In this document: positions 42,702-52,482 of the stretch, one piece after another
How the letters are laid out: each line of letters starts with the position of its first letter
How positions within the stretch are numbered: the stretch's first letter is position 1
Source: Syntrophales bacterium
GTDB taxonomy: Bacteria > Desulfobacterota > Syntrophia > Syntrophales > UBA2210
Direction of reading: 5' to 3'
NCBI GenBank assembly: GCA_963662405.2
Contig: CAXXKT010000002.1
Coordinates: forward strand, 288,001 to 352,000
Length of the DNA: 64,000 nucleotides
Position numbers and translations under genes: made by a program
The notes under the pieces: generated by a model
Databases searched by the model: none
What the model was told of the DNA's origin: nothing
The model's input: the letters and a program-made list of their open reading frames with translations, nothing else

Positions 42702-44009
42702 ATGTCGGAATTTGTTCCCCGAAAGGAACTCATTAAAATGATTCTCCCACCTGTCTTGGCGGTGGCCCTTTTTATTGCAACCGTCTTTGGAATTCTCCTG
42801 CCCAATTACAGGACAAGTCTTATGGATCAGCAGAAAAGGATGCTCATATCACTGAGCCATGTTGCTTGGAATATGGTAGTCGTTATTGAAGAACAGGAGC
42901 GGGCAGGAAGATTCTCTCGCATGGAAGCTCAACAAATTGCGATTCGCCATCTTCGGGGAATGCGTTACGGTTCGGATAATTTGGATTATTTTTGGATCAA
43001 TGACCTGCGTCCCTATATGATAATGAATCCATACAGAACGGATTTAGAAGGAAAAGACGTTGCGACGATATCCGACCCAAAAGGAAAGTTTTTATTTCAA
43101 GAATTTGTAAATGTAGCGCAAAATCATGGAGAGGGATTTGTCTCCTATGTCTGGCAATGGAAGAATAATTCGTCACGTATTGAACCCAAACTTTCATTTG
43201 TAAAGTATTTCGCTCCTTGGGGGTGGGTTCTTGGAACGGGTATCTATCTTAATGACGTTAATTATGAGATCGCCGCCCTGAGCCGAAATTTGATCATAAG
43301 CTCTGGCCTGATTATATTCATCGTATCATTACTTACTTTCTATATGACTATGAGAGCATTTCAAACTGCCAAACGTCGAATGCGTGCAGAAGTTGAACTC
43401 AAAGAACATGAGATCCACCTTGAAGAGCTTGTTAAAGAGCGCACCTACGAGTTAGCTGAGACCAATCTACAATTGTCTCAAGAGGTTATACAGCGGAAAA
43501 AGCTTGCGGAAGATCTTCTCCATATATCAATCACCGATATGCTTACAGGCCTTTACAATCGCCGGGGGTTCATAGAGCTGTCCAAAAAACAGCTTCAAGG
43601 GGCCGCTCGGCGCAATGATACGATATTTCTCCTGTATATGGATCTTGATGGTATGAAGTTTATCAATGATCACTTTGGCCATGAAATGGGTGATCAAGCG
43701 CTCGTAGAGACTGCCTGCATATTTAAAGAGACCTTCAGAGAATCAGATATTGTTGGTCGTCTTGGGGGTGACGAATTTGCAGTCCTGATGGTTGTTGAAA
43801 AACAGCAAGCAGATGAACAGGCCATCACACACAGAATTGGTCAGCAATTTCGGGTAAACAATTCACAATCAGACAGTCCTTACAACTTATCAATCAGCAT
43901 TGGTGTTGCCAAATACGATAATGATTCTCCTTGCTCACTGGAGGATCTCATGTCAAAGGCCGACACGTTGATGTATGAGCAAAAAAAGTTAAAAAGATTT
44001 AAACAATGA
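42702..44009 (+). CDS. Cache-domain diguanylate cyclase
   Basis: TM-Cache(YFWIND)-TM, DMLTGLYNRR, GGDEF. Confidence 0.93.
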   Translation: MSEFVPRKELIKMILPPVLAVALFIATVFGILLPNYRTSLMDQQKRMLISLSHVAWNMVVVIEEQERAGRFSRMEAQQIAIRHLRGMRYGSDNLDYFWINDLRPYMIMNPYRTDLEGKDVATISDPKGKFLFQEFVNVAQNHGEGFVSYVWQWKNNSSRIEPKLSFVKYFAPWGWVLGTGIYLNDVNYEIAALSRNLIISSGLIIFIVSLLTFYMTMRAFQTAKRRMRAEVELKEHEIHLEELVKERTYELAETNLQLSQEVIQRKKLAEDLLHISITDMLTGLYNRRGFIELSKKQLQGAARRNDTIFLLYMDLDGMKFINDHFGHEMGDQALVETACIFKETFRESDIVGRLGGDEFAVLMVVEKQQADEQAITHRIGQQFRVNNSQSDSPYNLSISIGVAKYDNDSPCSLEDLMSKADTLMYEQKKLKRFKQ

Positions 44010-44044
44010 ATCAAAAGTAAGTCAATAAAACATGGTTAAGTTCT

Positions 44045-44142
44045 CAATTCTATTACGGGATTTTGTCAAGAACTATTACGGTGAGACTTTAAAGCGGCAA
44101 TCATCGATTTTCTTTTGGAATCATCCTCAGCGGTAGTAGGTG
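44045..44142 (-). repeat. Non-coding module copy M4 (upstream block only)
   Basis: TGTCAAG 44064, GAGACTTT 44083, ATCGATTTTC, GTAGGTG 44136-44142. Confidence 0.75.
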
Positions 44143-44238
44143 CAACGTGTGAGATTTGGTGCAGCAGGAGCAGAGCTCGTATGTTGCTACGTTCTTCTTC
44201 CTGTACTCCTTGGAACTCGCATAATCGAAGGTATGAAA

Positions 44239-44358
44239 GACTTCAAATACAAGTAATCGCCACAATTCGTCAGCCAACCTTATCGAATGCGGGTTGAAAG
44301 ATGCACAACTCGGGCTGCACATTCTAGGTTCATGTAGATTATCTGCTTCTTCCTGAAA
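44239..44358. repeat. 120-bp direct repeat, copy 1
   Basis: Four mismatches versus 49259-49378. Confidence 0.93.
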
Positions 44359-44511
44359 CAAAGCATCCGGCGATTTTAATGGACATCCACCATTCCAACT
44401 TGTATTCTTCATTAATAAAATCGGAGGATGATCAAGTGCTTTGGACGATTGCTGTGATGCATGGGAGGATCTCAAAGTAAGGGTATGAAACGATAAGGGA
44501 GAAAATGACCA

Positions 44512-44817
44512 ATGAAGATTTCAGACTGGTTGGATGAAAAGGAAGCAGAAGGTGTCGATGTGTCTCAAATCGTTTTGCCTGATGATCTGCTGTATGATGA
44601 AGACCCCGACGAAACCATTTTTTTCAAGGAAATTAATCCTGACGGAATCCTATCTATCGCCAAACATCCGTTTTCTACTGTCGAGCGCTTTGGAGATTGG
44701 TATTACTGCAGGGGTCGTGACAAGGCAACCAGTACTCATATGCCAGGAAAGGAGTGGATATTGTTTACAAAAGATAAAGATCTAGCTCTCGATACAGCTA
44801 AATCACACATAAAATAA
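44512..44817 (+). CDS. Hypothetical protein (101 aa)
   Basis: SD GGGAG, plausible composition. Confidence 0.65.
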   Translation: MKISDWLDEKEAEGVDVSQIVLPDDLLYDEDPDETIFFKEINPDGILSIAKHPFSTVERFGDWYYCRGRDKATSTHMPGKEWILFTKDKDLALDTAKSHIK

Positions 44818-44910
44818 GGTATTGAGTATGGCCAATTGAAGACGCCATGCTTCTTCCTGAAGTTGAGAAAAGCAGCAATAACGGATTAATCGAATATTTC
44901 TTTTGATAAT

Positions 44911-44967
44911 CATTAGCATACCGATTACTGGCGGATGTAAGTCGTCCGGTGTATCCTTTGGTTAGGC
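44911..44967 (-). other. Degenerate integron attC site
   Basis: GCCTAAC-CAAAG-GATACAC...GTAATC-GGTAT-GCTAATG; the gene's stop lies within R''; R' is GCT instead of GTT. Confidence 0.65.
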
Positions 44968-45732
44968 TTTTCTATCTACCTTACCATTATTCACTTCAGA
45001 TAGCGGTAAAGTCGATGCAATGTGCAGTTCAGTTACTCTAGGTAAATGTGGGTCGAGCCACAAGACCCGATCAAAAGCGTGCCGGTATATTGCTGATTTT
45101 GCCTCAGCAGAGAGTTCGCAAGGAGCACCTCGAAGCAGATTATGGACAATGACCAGCCACAGCGCATCACATTTGGCACGTGCAATACCGCTCATATGCT
45201 GTTTTTTATCCACCTCTCGTTGTAAGTCAATTGATCCAACAGTCATGACCCAACCACCTGCGTCAGCTTGCCATAGTTTGTCTTGGCCGTTGACACTTCC
45301 TGATAAGTGAACATGAGCGATTTCACGAGGTAATCTATCACGTTCAATTTTCACGCTTGGGTCGTATGGTGATTTCGGTGCAGGCTCAGATAAAACTGCT
45401 TCCGCAAGAGCTTTGGCGATGGGCCTGACCGTCTTCTTTGACAAACAACCATGTGGTCCGAAGATCACGCTAAGGTATAAGGCTGGCCCGCCAGCCTCTG
45501 TATGCATTTGCTCAGCGATTTCTACAACTCGGTTTTTGAGACTTTGGACCTCTTGATAGACACGCTTTCCGGGAGGTGGTGGATGATGGTATTCTGTCAG
45601 TTCAATCCCGATTCTATTGGGGTGGTAGCCAAGCAGAAAATCCGGCTGCTCAGTTTCCTCTTGCGAATCAGGGAGTTCAATGCACTGCTTGAGTTTCTGC
45701 AAATAGTATCGTTCACGTTTTTTGTCTGGCAT
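44962..45732 (-). CDS. Cassette-borne hypothetical protein, possible PD-(D/E)xK nuclease
   Basis: EQPDFLL...IGIELTE motif; bounded by GTTAGGC and GCCTAAC. Confidence 0.7.
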   Translation of the reverse strand: MPDKKRERYYLQKLKQCIELPDSQEETEQPDFLLGYHPNRIGIELTEYHHPPPPGKRVYQEVQSLKNRVVEIAEQMHTEAGGPALYLSVIFGPHGCLSKKTVRPIAKALAEAVLSEPAPKSPYDPSVKIERDRLPREIAHVHLSGSVNGQDKLWQADAGGWVMTVGSIDLQREVDKKQHMSGIARAKCDALWLVIVHNLLRGAPCELSAEAKSAIYRHAFDRVLWLDPHLPRVTELHIASTLPLSEVNNGKVDRKA

Positions 45733-45746
45733 ATCTATGATTTTCA

Positions 45747-45804
45747 GCCTAACGCTTGAGCCAACCAGTACCGTTAGGTGTCCGTGTTAAGCAACCTGTT
45801 ATCT
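45747..45804 (-). other. Integron attC site (58 bp)
   Basis: AGATAAC-AGGTT-GCTTAAC...GTTGGC-TCAAGC-GTTAGGC with R/L boxes, 5- and 6-nt spacers and an extra base in L''. Confidence 0.78.
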
Positions 45805-45832
45805 TTAAAGATCAGAAAAGAATCCCTTAATA

Positions 45833-47247
45833 TTAATTCCAGTTCGGTGAAGCATCATCACAGAACGGCGATTGGCCCCATTCCGGAGCGATCCCCGGAA
45901 AGCCTGTGGGGGGATTCTGGCCGTCGTAGCGCCATTGGTTGGGTGGTTCATCATTTGCTCCTATCGCGAAATGATGCCCCCCCACCGTGCGCCTCCATGC
46001 GTACCACTTGGTTCCGTCATCAGCCACTCTCATAACTATCCCTGATGGAACTGGAAGACCCTGCCTTGTGAAATCGTCACTGAACCTGTCAATAAGTTCG
46101 TGCTTGTAACCAATGGGGTCGTGGCGGAACCAACCCATTTGGCACGTACTAAGCCAATCCAGTGCGTCCCTTGTCTCTCGAAACTCGCGCTTGTCGACGG
46201 GCCGTCCATGTTCGTCTATACTTGTGTTGCCTGCAAACCGCATAAGATTCTTTTGATAGGCCTGTTCAGCCTTCTTCTCGGCCAGCCGTTCGTGTTTGAA
46301 CTCCCTCGATGCCTGCCAGGCAGTCCGCACAGATTGGGCATTCGCAATATGGTATGTCCCACCCTTGGCAGCACTGTGAATCCACTCGAGATTAAGCCCC
46401 AACCCTAAGACTAGACCGACCTTGGCTTGGGGACCAGGCCGTGCCCATTTTATACGCAAGAAAGCCTGCTCGTAGCTTGATACCAAACTCCAAACGAAGA
46501 CCAGAAGGAGAACCCAAAGGCCAAGACCGACCGGCCATGCTGCGCGCAGGCCAAATAATCGCCAGTCAATCGAATCCCAACCAGATGACAGTGATATCAC
46601 CGTATTCCCAACAATGGTTACGGTCAGAATAAGGAAAAACCGACTGTTCCAGCCTTGCCATTTCTGCTGCCATTCGGGTGCTTTGACGAGTAGGGGCGCT
46701 GTTGCGAGTACCAAGATCAAGGGTTGCAACAGAATCTCGACGATCAACGGAAATGTGCTGAGACTCACAAGATACTCCATGAAGGCCGCGATTCCTGCGG
46801 TCTTCCATATGGCGCGCAAAAAAACCCCTGTTTGTGGGCATCCGTGAAACCCGCAAGCAACACCACACCCGCCGTTGCCACCCACACAACCGTGTCCTTA
46901 GTTAGTCGCAGGTCCCAAAGGCGTTGCCATTGTGCGATAAGCACAATTATTGCGATCCACATGATAAAGGAAACCCATATTATGAGCAGCTTCGACGACA
47001 GGGTCGACCGAATCACGATCTCAAGACAATGCCTCACCTGTGCCCGTGAAAGGAGCCACACTGCTAGGATTCCAAGCCAGATCAAACTAGCCCACTCTCT
47101 GTTATTCAACTCGAATCCATGTTCAATCAGCCAAGCGCTTGCCGCCTCAAAAGTGTAGTTACCAGAATCGATTTGGTTCACCATACGCAGTGCACCCACC
47201 GTGTCTTCAATAATGACGGTTTGGGTAACAGGCCAGCTCTGGATCAA
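45833..47247 (-). pseudogene. Multi-TM hypothetical protein split by a frameshift
   Basis: ORFs 46765-47247 and 45833-46885 overlap at the T7 tract 46818-46824. Confidence 0.7.
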
Positions 47248-47315
47248 GGAAGGAAATTTGGTCCTTGTCGACCCAGCGGTTGCCCAGGATTTATCGAAAT
47301 GGCACTTTCTGAAAA

Positions 47316-47528
47316 CTATCTTTCTACAATAGGCTCCTCAGGAGCATGAGTAGCTGCCAGTCTTGCTGACTTGATTGCCTTTAGTGCAGCATTTGTCGAT
47401 AGGTAACCCCTGCCACTTTTAGCAACTGGTATAGGAGACGGTGAATTGGAAACTATGAGATGCCAATGCCAAAGGCCTCCATCTTTGAAAACAACGAACC
47501 GATGACCTTTTCCTTTCATGCCTTTCAT
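47316..47528 (-). CDS. YegP/DUF1508-like small protein
   Basis: F.VFKD..G.WHWHL...VAKSG.GY...AALKAI pattern; SD GGAGAGG. Confidence 0.65.
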   Translation of the reverse strand: MKGMKGKGHRFVVFKDGGLWHWHLIVSNSPSPIPVAKSGRGYLSTNAALKAIKSARLAATHAPEEPIVER

Positions 47529-47556
47529 TTTTGCCTCTCCTTCAGCAGAGAATAAG

Positions 47557-47575
47557 TGCTAACAATAAATAAGCA
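47557..47575 (-). other. Candidate attI-like simple site
   Basis: TGCTTAT-TTATT-GTTAGCA: degenerate L box, 5-bp spacer and R box directly before the first cassette gene. Confidence 0.4.
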
Positions 47576-47593
47576 GTTTTCTGTTATTTATAA

Positions 47594-47851
47594 GAGGATG
47601 TTATACGGAAACCATATAACATCATTTTCTCCGATTTACTGATTGCAATATTGTTCTAATCTTTCCACAAAAAACAAAAGCCCCATCTCTCATTTTGAGA
47701 AACAGGGCTTTAGATGATCAGACCATAATCCCCTCCCGTGGTTACAGCTGTTCACAAGCGCATTCAATACAAGCAATTTCAATGAAACATATTGACTCAC
47801 TAACTCCATGATCTTGTTATGTCAAGAAATTTTACCGTGAGAATTTCAAAT
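47594..47851 (-). repeat. Non-coding module copy M5 (continues at 49117-49166 after IS3)
   Basis: GATGTTATA/TATAACATC palindrome, terminator 47677-47711, TCAGACCAT 47718-47726, TGTCAA 47820-47825. Confidence 0.88.
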
Positions 47852-47881
47852 TGATCTTGCCCCGAAAAAGTGGACACCCCA

Positions 47882-48730
47882 CTAAGTTACACACGCTTTT
47901 CGTTCAAACTCAGCGGGAGAGCAATAATTCAATGATGAATGTCTTCTAACGCAATTATAGAAAACTTCGATATATTCGAATATGCTCCCGCGAGCTTCCT
48001 GTCTTGTCTGATACTTCTCAAAATAAACAAGCTCCGTCTTTAAGGTATGGAAAAACGATTCCATAAGAGCATTGTCGTAACAATTCCCCGAAGAGTTCAT
48101 GCTCTGAATAAAACCATATTTCTCCATCAGCCCCTGAAAAGCATAGCTGGTATATTGAGTTCCACGATCTGAATGAAACATAACACCAGCTTTGGGTCGC
48201 CGCTGCCTGATCGCCTTGTGCAAGGCATCTGCAAGAATCTTATGACTCAATCTGTTATCCATCGACCATCCAATAATCTTACGATTGAAAACATCCAGGA
48301 TCGCTGCCAGATAAAGCCAACCCTCTCTCGTCCAAATAAGGGTAATATCAGAAACCCACACCTTGTTGGCCACATCTGTCGAAAATCTCCGATTTAAAAG
48401 ATTATCCGCCACTAAAAACTCATGCTTGGATTTTTTGGTGGCCTTGAACCTGCGTTTCGTCTTTGCCTTAATCCCATGACTCTTCATCAGGTGAGCCACT
48501 CGTTTCCTGCTACACTTAATCCCGTGGGCCTGAAGTTCCGCTGTCACCCTCGGGCTACCATATGTGCCGCGACCCTTTATGAAAGCGTCCCGAATATACA
48601 TCAGCAACCGCTCATTCTCTCTCTGGCGGTCACTCTTGCTGTGTTTCCCCCATATGTAATAACCGCTCCTGGATACCCCCAGCACTCGGCACATCTTCTT
48701 CACCGAAAATTCGGAACGGTGATTTTCCAT
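47882..48730 (-). CDS. IS3 OrfB (DDE transposase)
   Basis: WVSDIT, HSDRGTQY, DNALMESF. Confidence 0.95.
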   Translation of the reverse strand: MENHRSEFSVKKMCRVLGVSRSGYYIWGKHSKSDRQRENERLLMYIRDAFIKGRGTYGSPRVTAELQAHGIKCSRKRVAHLMKSHGIKAKTKRRFKATKKSKHEFLVADNLLNRRFSTDVANKVWVSDITLIWTREGWLYLAAILDVFNRKIIGWSMDNRLSHKILADALHKAIRQRRPKAGVMFHSDRGTQYTSYAFQGLMEKYGFIQSMNSSGNCYDNALMESFFHTLKTELVYFEKYQTRQEARGSIFEYIEVFYNCVRRHSSLNYCSPAEFERKACVT

Positions 48731-48741
48731 GAACTCATACT

Positions 48742-49044
48742 TTACTTTGGGTGTTTCGAGAAGATGGCCAACGCTTTTTTTAAGATTTCCCTCTCCTCCC
48801 TTAAGCTCTCATTCTCCCGCCGCAACCGACGAAGTTCCTCCTCAGGTGCCTTCAAATGACCTTTCCCGGGAAAAGCTTGCTCCATGTCCGCCCGATATTT
48901 ACGCCTCCACTGATGAAGCAGGTTTTTATGAACATTCAAATCCTTAGCTAGATCACTTACAGAACGTTTACCTTCATCCATTAACCGAATCGCCTCATAC
49001 TTAAACTCCCGATCAAAATACCGCTTATCCTTCCCATTAACCAT
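48742..49044 (-). CDS. IS3 OrfA
   Basis: FDREFK.EA HTH, leucine zipper, ILKKA. Confidence 0.9.
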   Translation of the reverse strand: MVNGKDKRYFDREFKYEAIRLMDEGKRSVSDLAKDLNVHKNLLHQWRRKYRADMEQAFPGKGHLKAPEEELRRLRRENESLREEREILKKALAIFSKHPK

Positions 49045-49258
49045 GACATGCCTCCTCGTTACTCTATGTCTATAAGAGAAACTCTTCGGTATGTCCACTA
49101 AATCGGGGGAAGACCAAATGGTAATGAATGATTTTTCTCTGCGATTGTTTTGAGTGTTTGTAGGTGGCGTCAATAACCGACACTCTGGCATTTTCCTTTA
49201 TCCTGCCTGAACAGTACGGATTGAAAGCCAAGCCGCGAATCCATTTCCCACATTTATT

Positions 49259-49378
49259 GACTACAAATACAAGTCATCACCACAATTCGTCAGCCAACCT
49301 TATCGAATGCGGGTTGAAAGATGCACAACTCGGGCTGCACATTCTAGGTTCATGTAGATTATCTGCTCCTTCCTGAAA
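49259..49378. repeat. 120-bp direct repeat, copy 2
   Basis: Four mismatches versus 44239-44358. Confidence 0.93.
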
Positions 49379-49428
49379 GTGAGCGTTTGATATTTTTTCA
49401 ATGTGTGCATTACTTCAAAGGATAATTA

Positions 49429-50070
49429 ATGCTTGATAAACGAACAGTATCGATCATCCAAGGGTACCCGATTTCGCCGGGGCTTGCTGAGGGAATTATC
49501 CATGTCCATCGCAACATACTTGGTCCAATAGATGCCCCAGTGGACATAGCGCAACACAACGTCGGGAGAAAGTTTTCACGGTTTGATGTTGCTACAGCTA
49601 AGATTTCGGATGAACTTGCCACCTTGGCAACCCGAGTCGAAAAGGAAGTTGATTCGAGACTTGCCCGCGTTTTTGGGGCTCATCAACTCATAGCAGAAGA
49701 TTCCTCATTGAGAGAAGAATTAAGACGAGAGATCCTAGACAACCTGGTAACTGTGAGCAACGCCGTGAAGACGGTATTTTTTGCGCTGGGAGAAACGATT
49801 CCTATCGATGAAATCGAAGATATCCAGAGACAAAGGCGACGACATGCGGGATGTTTCAATCCGCCTGTCCAATGCTCTTACGGGGATCACGGTTCACCCA
49901 TTGGACAAGATCCCCCTTGGCGGTGTGCTCGCTTCCTCGCGTTTACTGCCGTCTGATACCGTTTTTCTCGCTGGCCGCTCCACCTCGGCAGTTCTTCTGG
50001 AATACGGGAGTCACGGCTCTCATGCAGCTCTGTTTGTCCGCGAAATAGGTCTACCGTGCATCTCAACTTT
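49429..50070 (+). pseudogene. PTS enzyme I (PtsI/PtsP) N-terminal fragment, frameshifted
   Basis: GYPISPGLAEG, FGAHQLI.ED, LLPSD, GSHGSHAA phospho-His region; truncated. Confidence 0.75.
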
Positions 50071-50217
50071 CCAAATAATCTTATCGTCAATTTCCACCGT
50101 TGAGACCAATAATCCTTCTCCCAGTATCCCTCGCTCATCCCAATATATCTTACTTAAAAAAACCCAATTTTCGCCTTTAACGTTCCGCTCGTGTTTGTCT
50201 TGATAAGATTCACTGCT

Positions 50218-50520
50218 TCACTTAACGAATATCTCGGCGGTATCACCATTAGGTATGTGAACATTGTCAACATCGATCCCTATCGCTTTGTACTCCCACT
50301 CAGGATAATACTTTCGTACCTCGCAAAATTTGGTTTCCAAATACTGGCGATCTCCCTTGATAAAGATTTCTCGCCTAAACCTCGTGGTCCACGCTATACG
50401 GTATTGTGTCCGGTAAACTGTATGTGCTGACTTCCTCAGCCTCATACAGTCTCTATATCAAAGTGCCCAGAAGATACAGGATACGGCTCTCACCCCCGCC
50501 CTCACGGACGGGGAAGTCCT
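50218..50520 (-). pseudogene. IS200 tnpA remnant with end hairpin
   Basis: AHTVYRTQYRIAWTTRFRR, DNVH; hairpin CCCCG..CGGGG near 50492-50514. Confidence 0.75.
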
Positions 50521-50619
50521 GCTAAATTAGATTTCTACGAACTTCCCTCTCTTTCATGGGAGAGGTCCCCCTCCTCATGTTAATCAGAAACAGTCACGTA
50601 CCGCCTCAGGAGTTCAGCA

Positions 50620-51855
50620 TTACTCCTCAGCAGGCTGAGCAATAGCTTTCAGCAACATGGAAGCCGCCGCGTCGATAACGTAGGCCATGCCATAGTATCG
50701 GCCGGGACGAGAATGAAACCACCGAAGCATCATGTGACTGAAACCTCCGAAAAAGAGGTTCTTGAAAACACGATTACTGATATCGGGTCGAAAATTACCA
50801 TCTTTTTTCCCTTCCTCCAGGATACGATCTATGATTTCAAGGTAGCGTAGAAAATCATCGTAGGCACGGGACTGATAGAAACGTTCATTGTAGACCCCTG
50901 CAGATATAAAGGTCTTCAGAAAAGCAGGGTGTTTCAGATAGAAGAAGAAGTGCTCCCGCACAAACCGTTCGAGCTTCTCCGCAGGGGTTCGCATTATAAA
51001 AAATTCATCCATGGATTGCAGGTGCTCGTTGAACCGGTGCCGGAGCGTGGAAAAAAGGATGTCTTCTTTATTTTTAAAATATTCGTAGAGCGTTGCCTCG
51101 GCAACCTCAGCAGAACGTGCAATTTCCATGGTTGTCGTTTTCAAATACCCCCCTTCAGCAAAGTGCTTCTCGGCGGCATCTAGAATACTCGCTTCTTTCC
51201 CTCGCTTTTTCCGGTTCCCTTTTTCGTCGGGTACCATCATGGGCAGCACCAGGTCCAGAATATCATCAAAATCAGTCTGGAAGCATCCTTCTCTCCGACC
51301 TGAAAAAACCTGGATGTTTTCCATATCGAGGAGCCCCAGTATAATCGCATTCGCCACTGGGATGGAAATCTCTTTTGAAAAGGTCCCCTCCGACACCCCA
51401 TCCTCGATAATTGAATTTAGAATTCTGAGCCACTGGATGAACGGGGCCGATGCCTCATGTTGAAAAAAGGCGGAATCAGCACGGCACTCGAAGATAGTAA
51501 ATCTAGCATACTGTGGGTGATCTTCATGGTAAAAGAGTTGAAACCAGATTAGTTTGCTCAAGCGACTAACGGGTTCGCGAATACCCTGGAGCTGGTATTC
51601 AAGGTCCGCCATCATTTTTTTCAACAATTCTCCAACGGCATAAAATAGAAGATCCCTTTTGTTTTTAAAATAATGATAGATGATTGAATCCTTCACCCCT
51701 GCAGAAGCGGCGATTTCCGAAATGGTCGTTTCGGTCCCTTTCTGAGCCAACAAAATGACAGCGGCGTCTAGTATCTGCTTCTTTGTTCCAGTAATCACCC
51801 TTGTTCCTTCCGTATCCATATTGATAATCTCGTACTGAATGGTTTCTATTATCAA
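50620..51855 (-). CDS. Tandem double-TetR transcriptional regulator
   Basis: Two TetR HTH domains (ILDAA...YHYFKNK and ILDAA...YEYFKNK). Confidence 0.9.
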   Translation of the reverse strand: MIIETIQYEIINMDTEGTRVITGTKKQILDAAVILLAQKGTETTISEIAASAGVKDSIIYHYFKNKRDLLFYAVGELLKKMMADLEYQLQGIREPVSRLSKLIWFQLFYHEDHPQYARFTIFECRADSAFFQHEASAPFIQWLRILNSIIEDGVSEGTFSKEISIPVANAIILGLLDMENIQVFSGRREGCFQTDFDDILDLVLPMMVPDEKGNRKKRGKEASILDAAEKHFAEGGYLKTTTMEIARSAEVAEATLYEYFKNKEDILFSTLRHRFNEHLQSMDEFFIMRTPAEKLERFVREHFFFYLKHPAFLKTFISAGVYNERFYQSRAYDDFLRYLEIIDRILEEGKKDGNFRPDISNRVFKNLFFGGFSHMMLRWFHSRPGRYYGMAYVIDAAASMLLKAIAQPAEE

Positions 51856-51949
51856 ATTTAGTTACATTCAGTAATTCCCGGTTAAGTCTTTGCATATAAG
51901 TTTTGAGTATTTGGTTCTTTTACGTTTTTTACAGTATCGGGGTCTGCAG

Positions 51950-51983
51950 GCATTCATCCACGGGTAAACCCGTGGTATTCTGT
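51950..51983 (+). mobile_element. Solo IS200/IS605-type end hairpin
   Basis: GCATTCATCCACGGGTAAACCCGTGGTATTCTG; pattern recognition only. Confidence 0.45.
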
Positions 51984-52482
51984 TTACGACCGCATAAAAT
52001 AACCGATCATTTTTAAACATTATTTGCCAATTCAATACGCAATTTCCAAACCGTAAATTACTATGATTCACTATTATTATTCAAATAAAGAAGCAAGATT
52101 AAATTTTACCAAACCCTCCTTTCTGTTCGTAATTATATGTACAACTAATAATATTAAATAGATAAGAGGATATAATGATATCTTGACTACCACAAGCAAA
52201 TTATGATAGTTGAATCTTATTCTGTTTTATAATAAATAAGAGTTGTATTAATATTGATATTGGCAAAAAATCTCTCGCCAATGCATTACTTCATTAGATC
52301 GTCGTTTGAAGAAGCACAATAATTTGATGCAATATTATAATGTTAGATATATTATCGATACAATAACAAATTATAAATAATCGGCATCATGTTTCAACGG
52401 AGAATTAGTCTTCTTGATATTTCCTTATTTAATAGGTCTATAACTGTAAAAATCAAACCACAAAAAGGAGGATTAAATACAA

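Larger units (their letters stand above)
47852..49116 (-). mobile_element. IS3 family element
   Basis: TG...CA imperfect IRs, 3-bp TSD AAT, orfA/orfB with A AAA AAA -1 slip site near 48775-48781. Confidence 0.95.

Noticed and set aside
44101..44475. 124-aa ORF spanning the 120-bp repeat
   Set aside because: The equivalent frame has a stop in the second copy, and the ORF overlaps non-coding module M4
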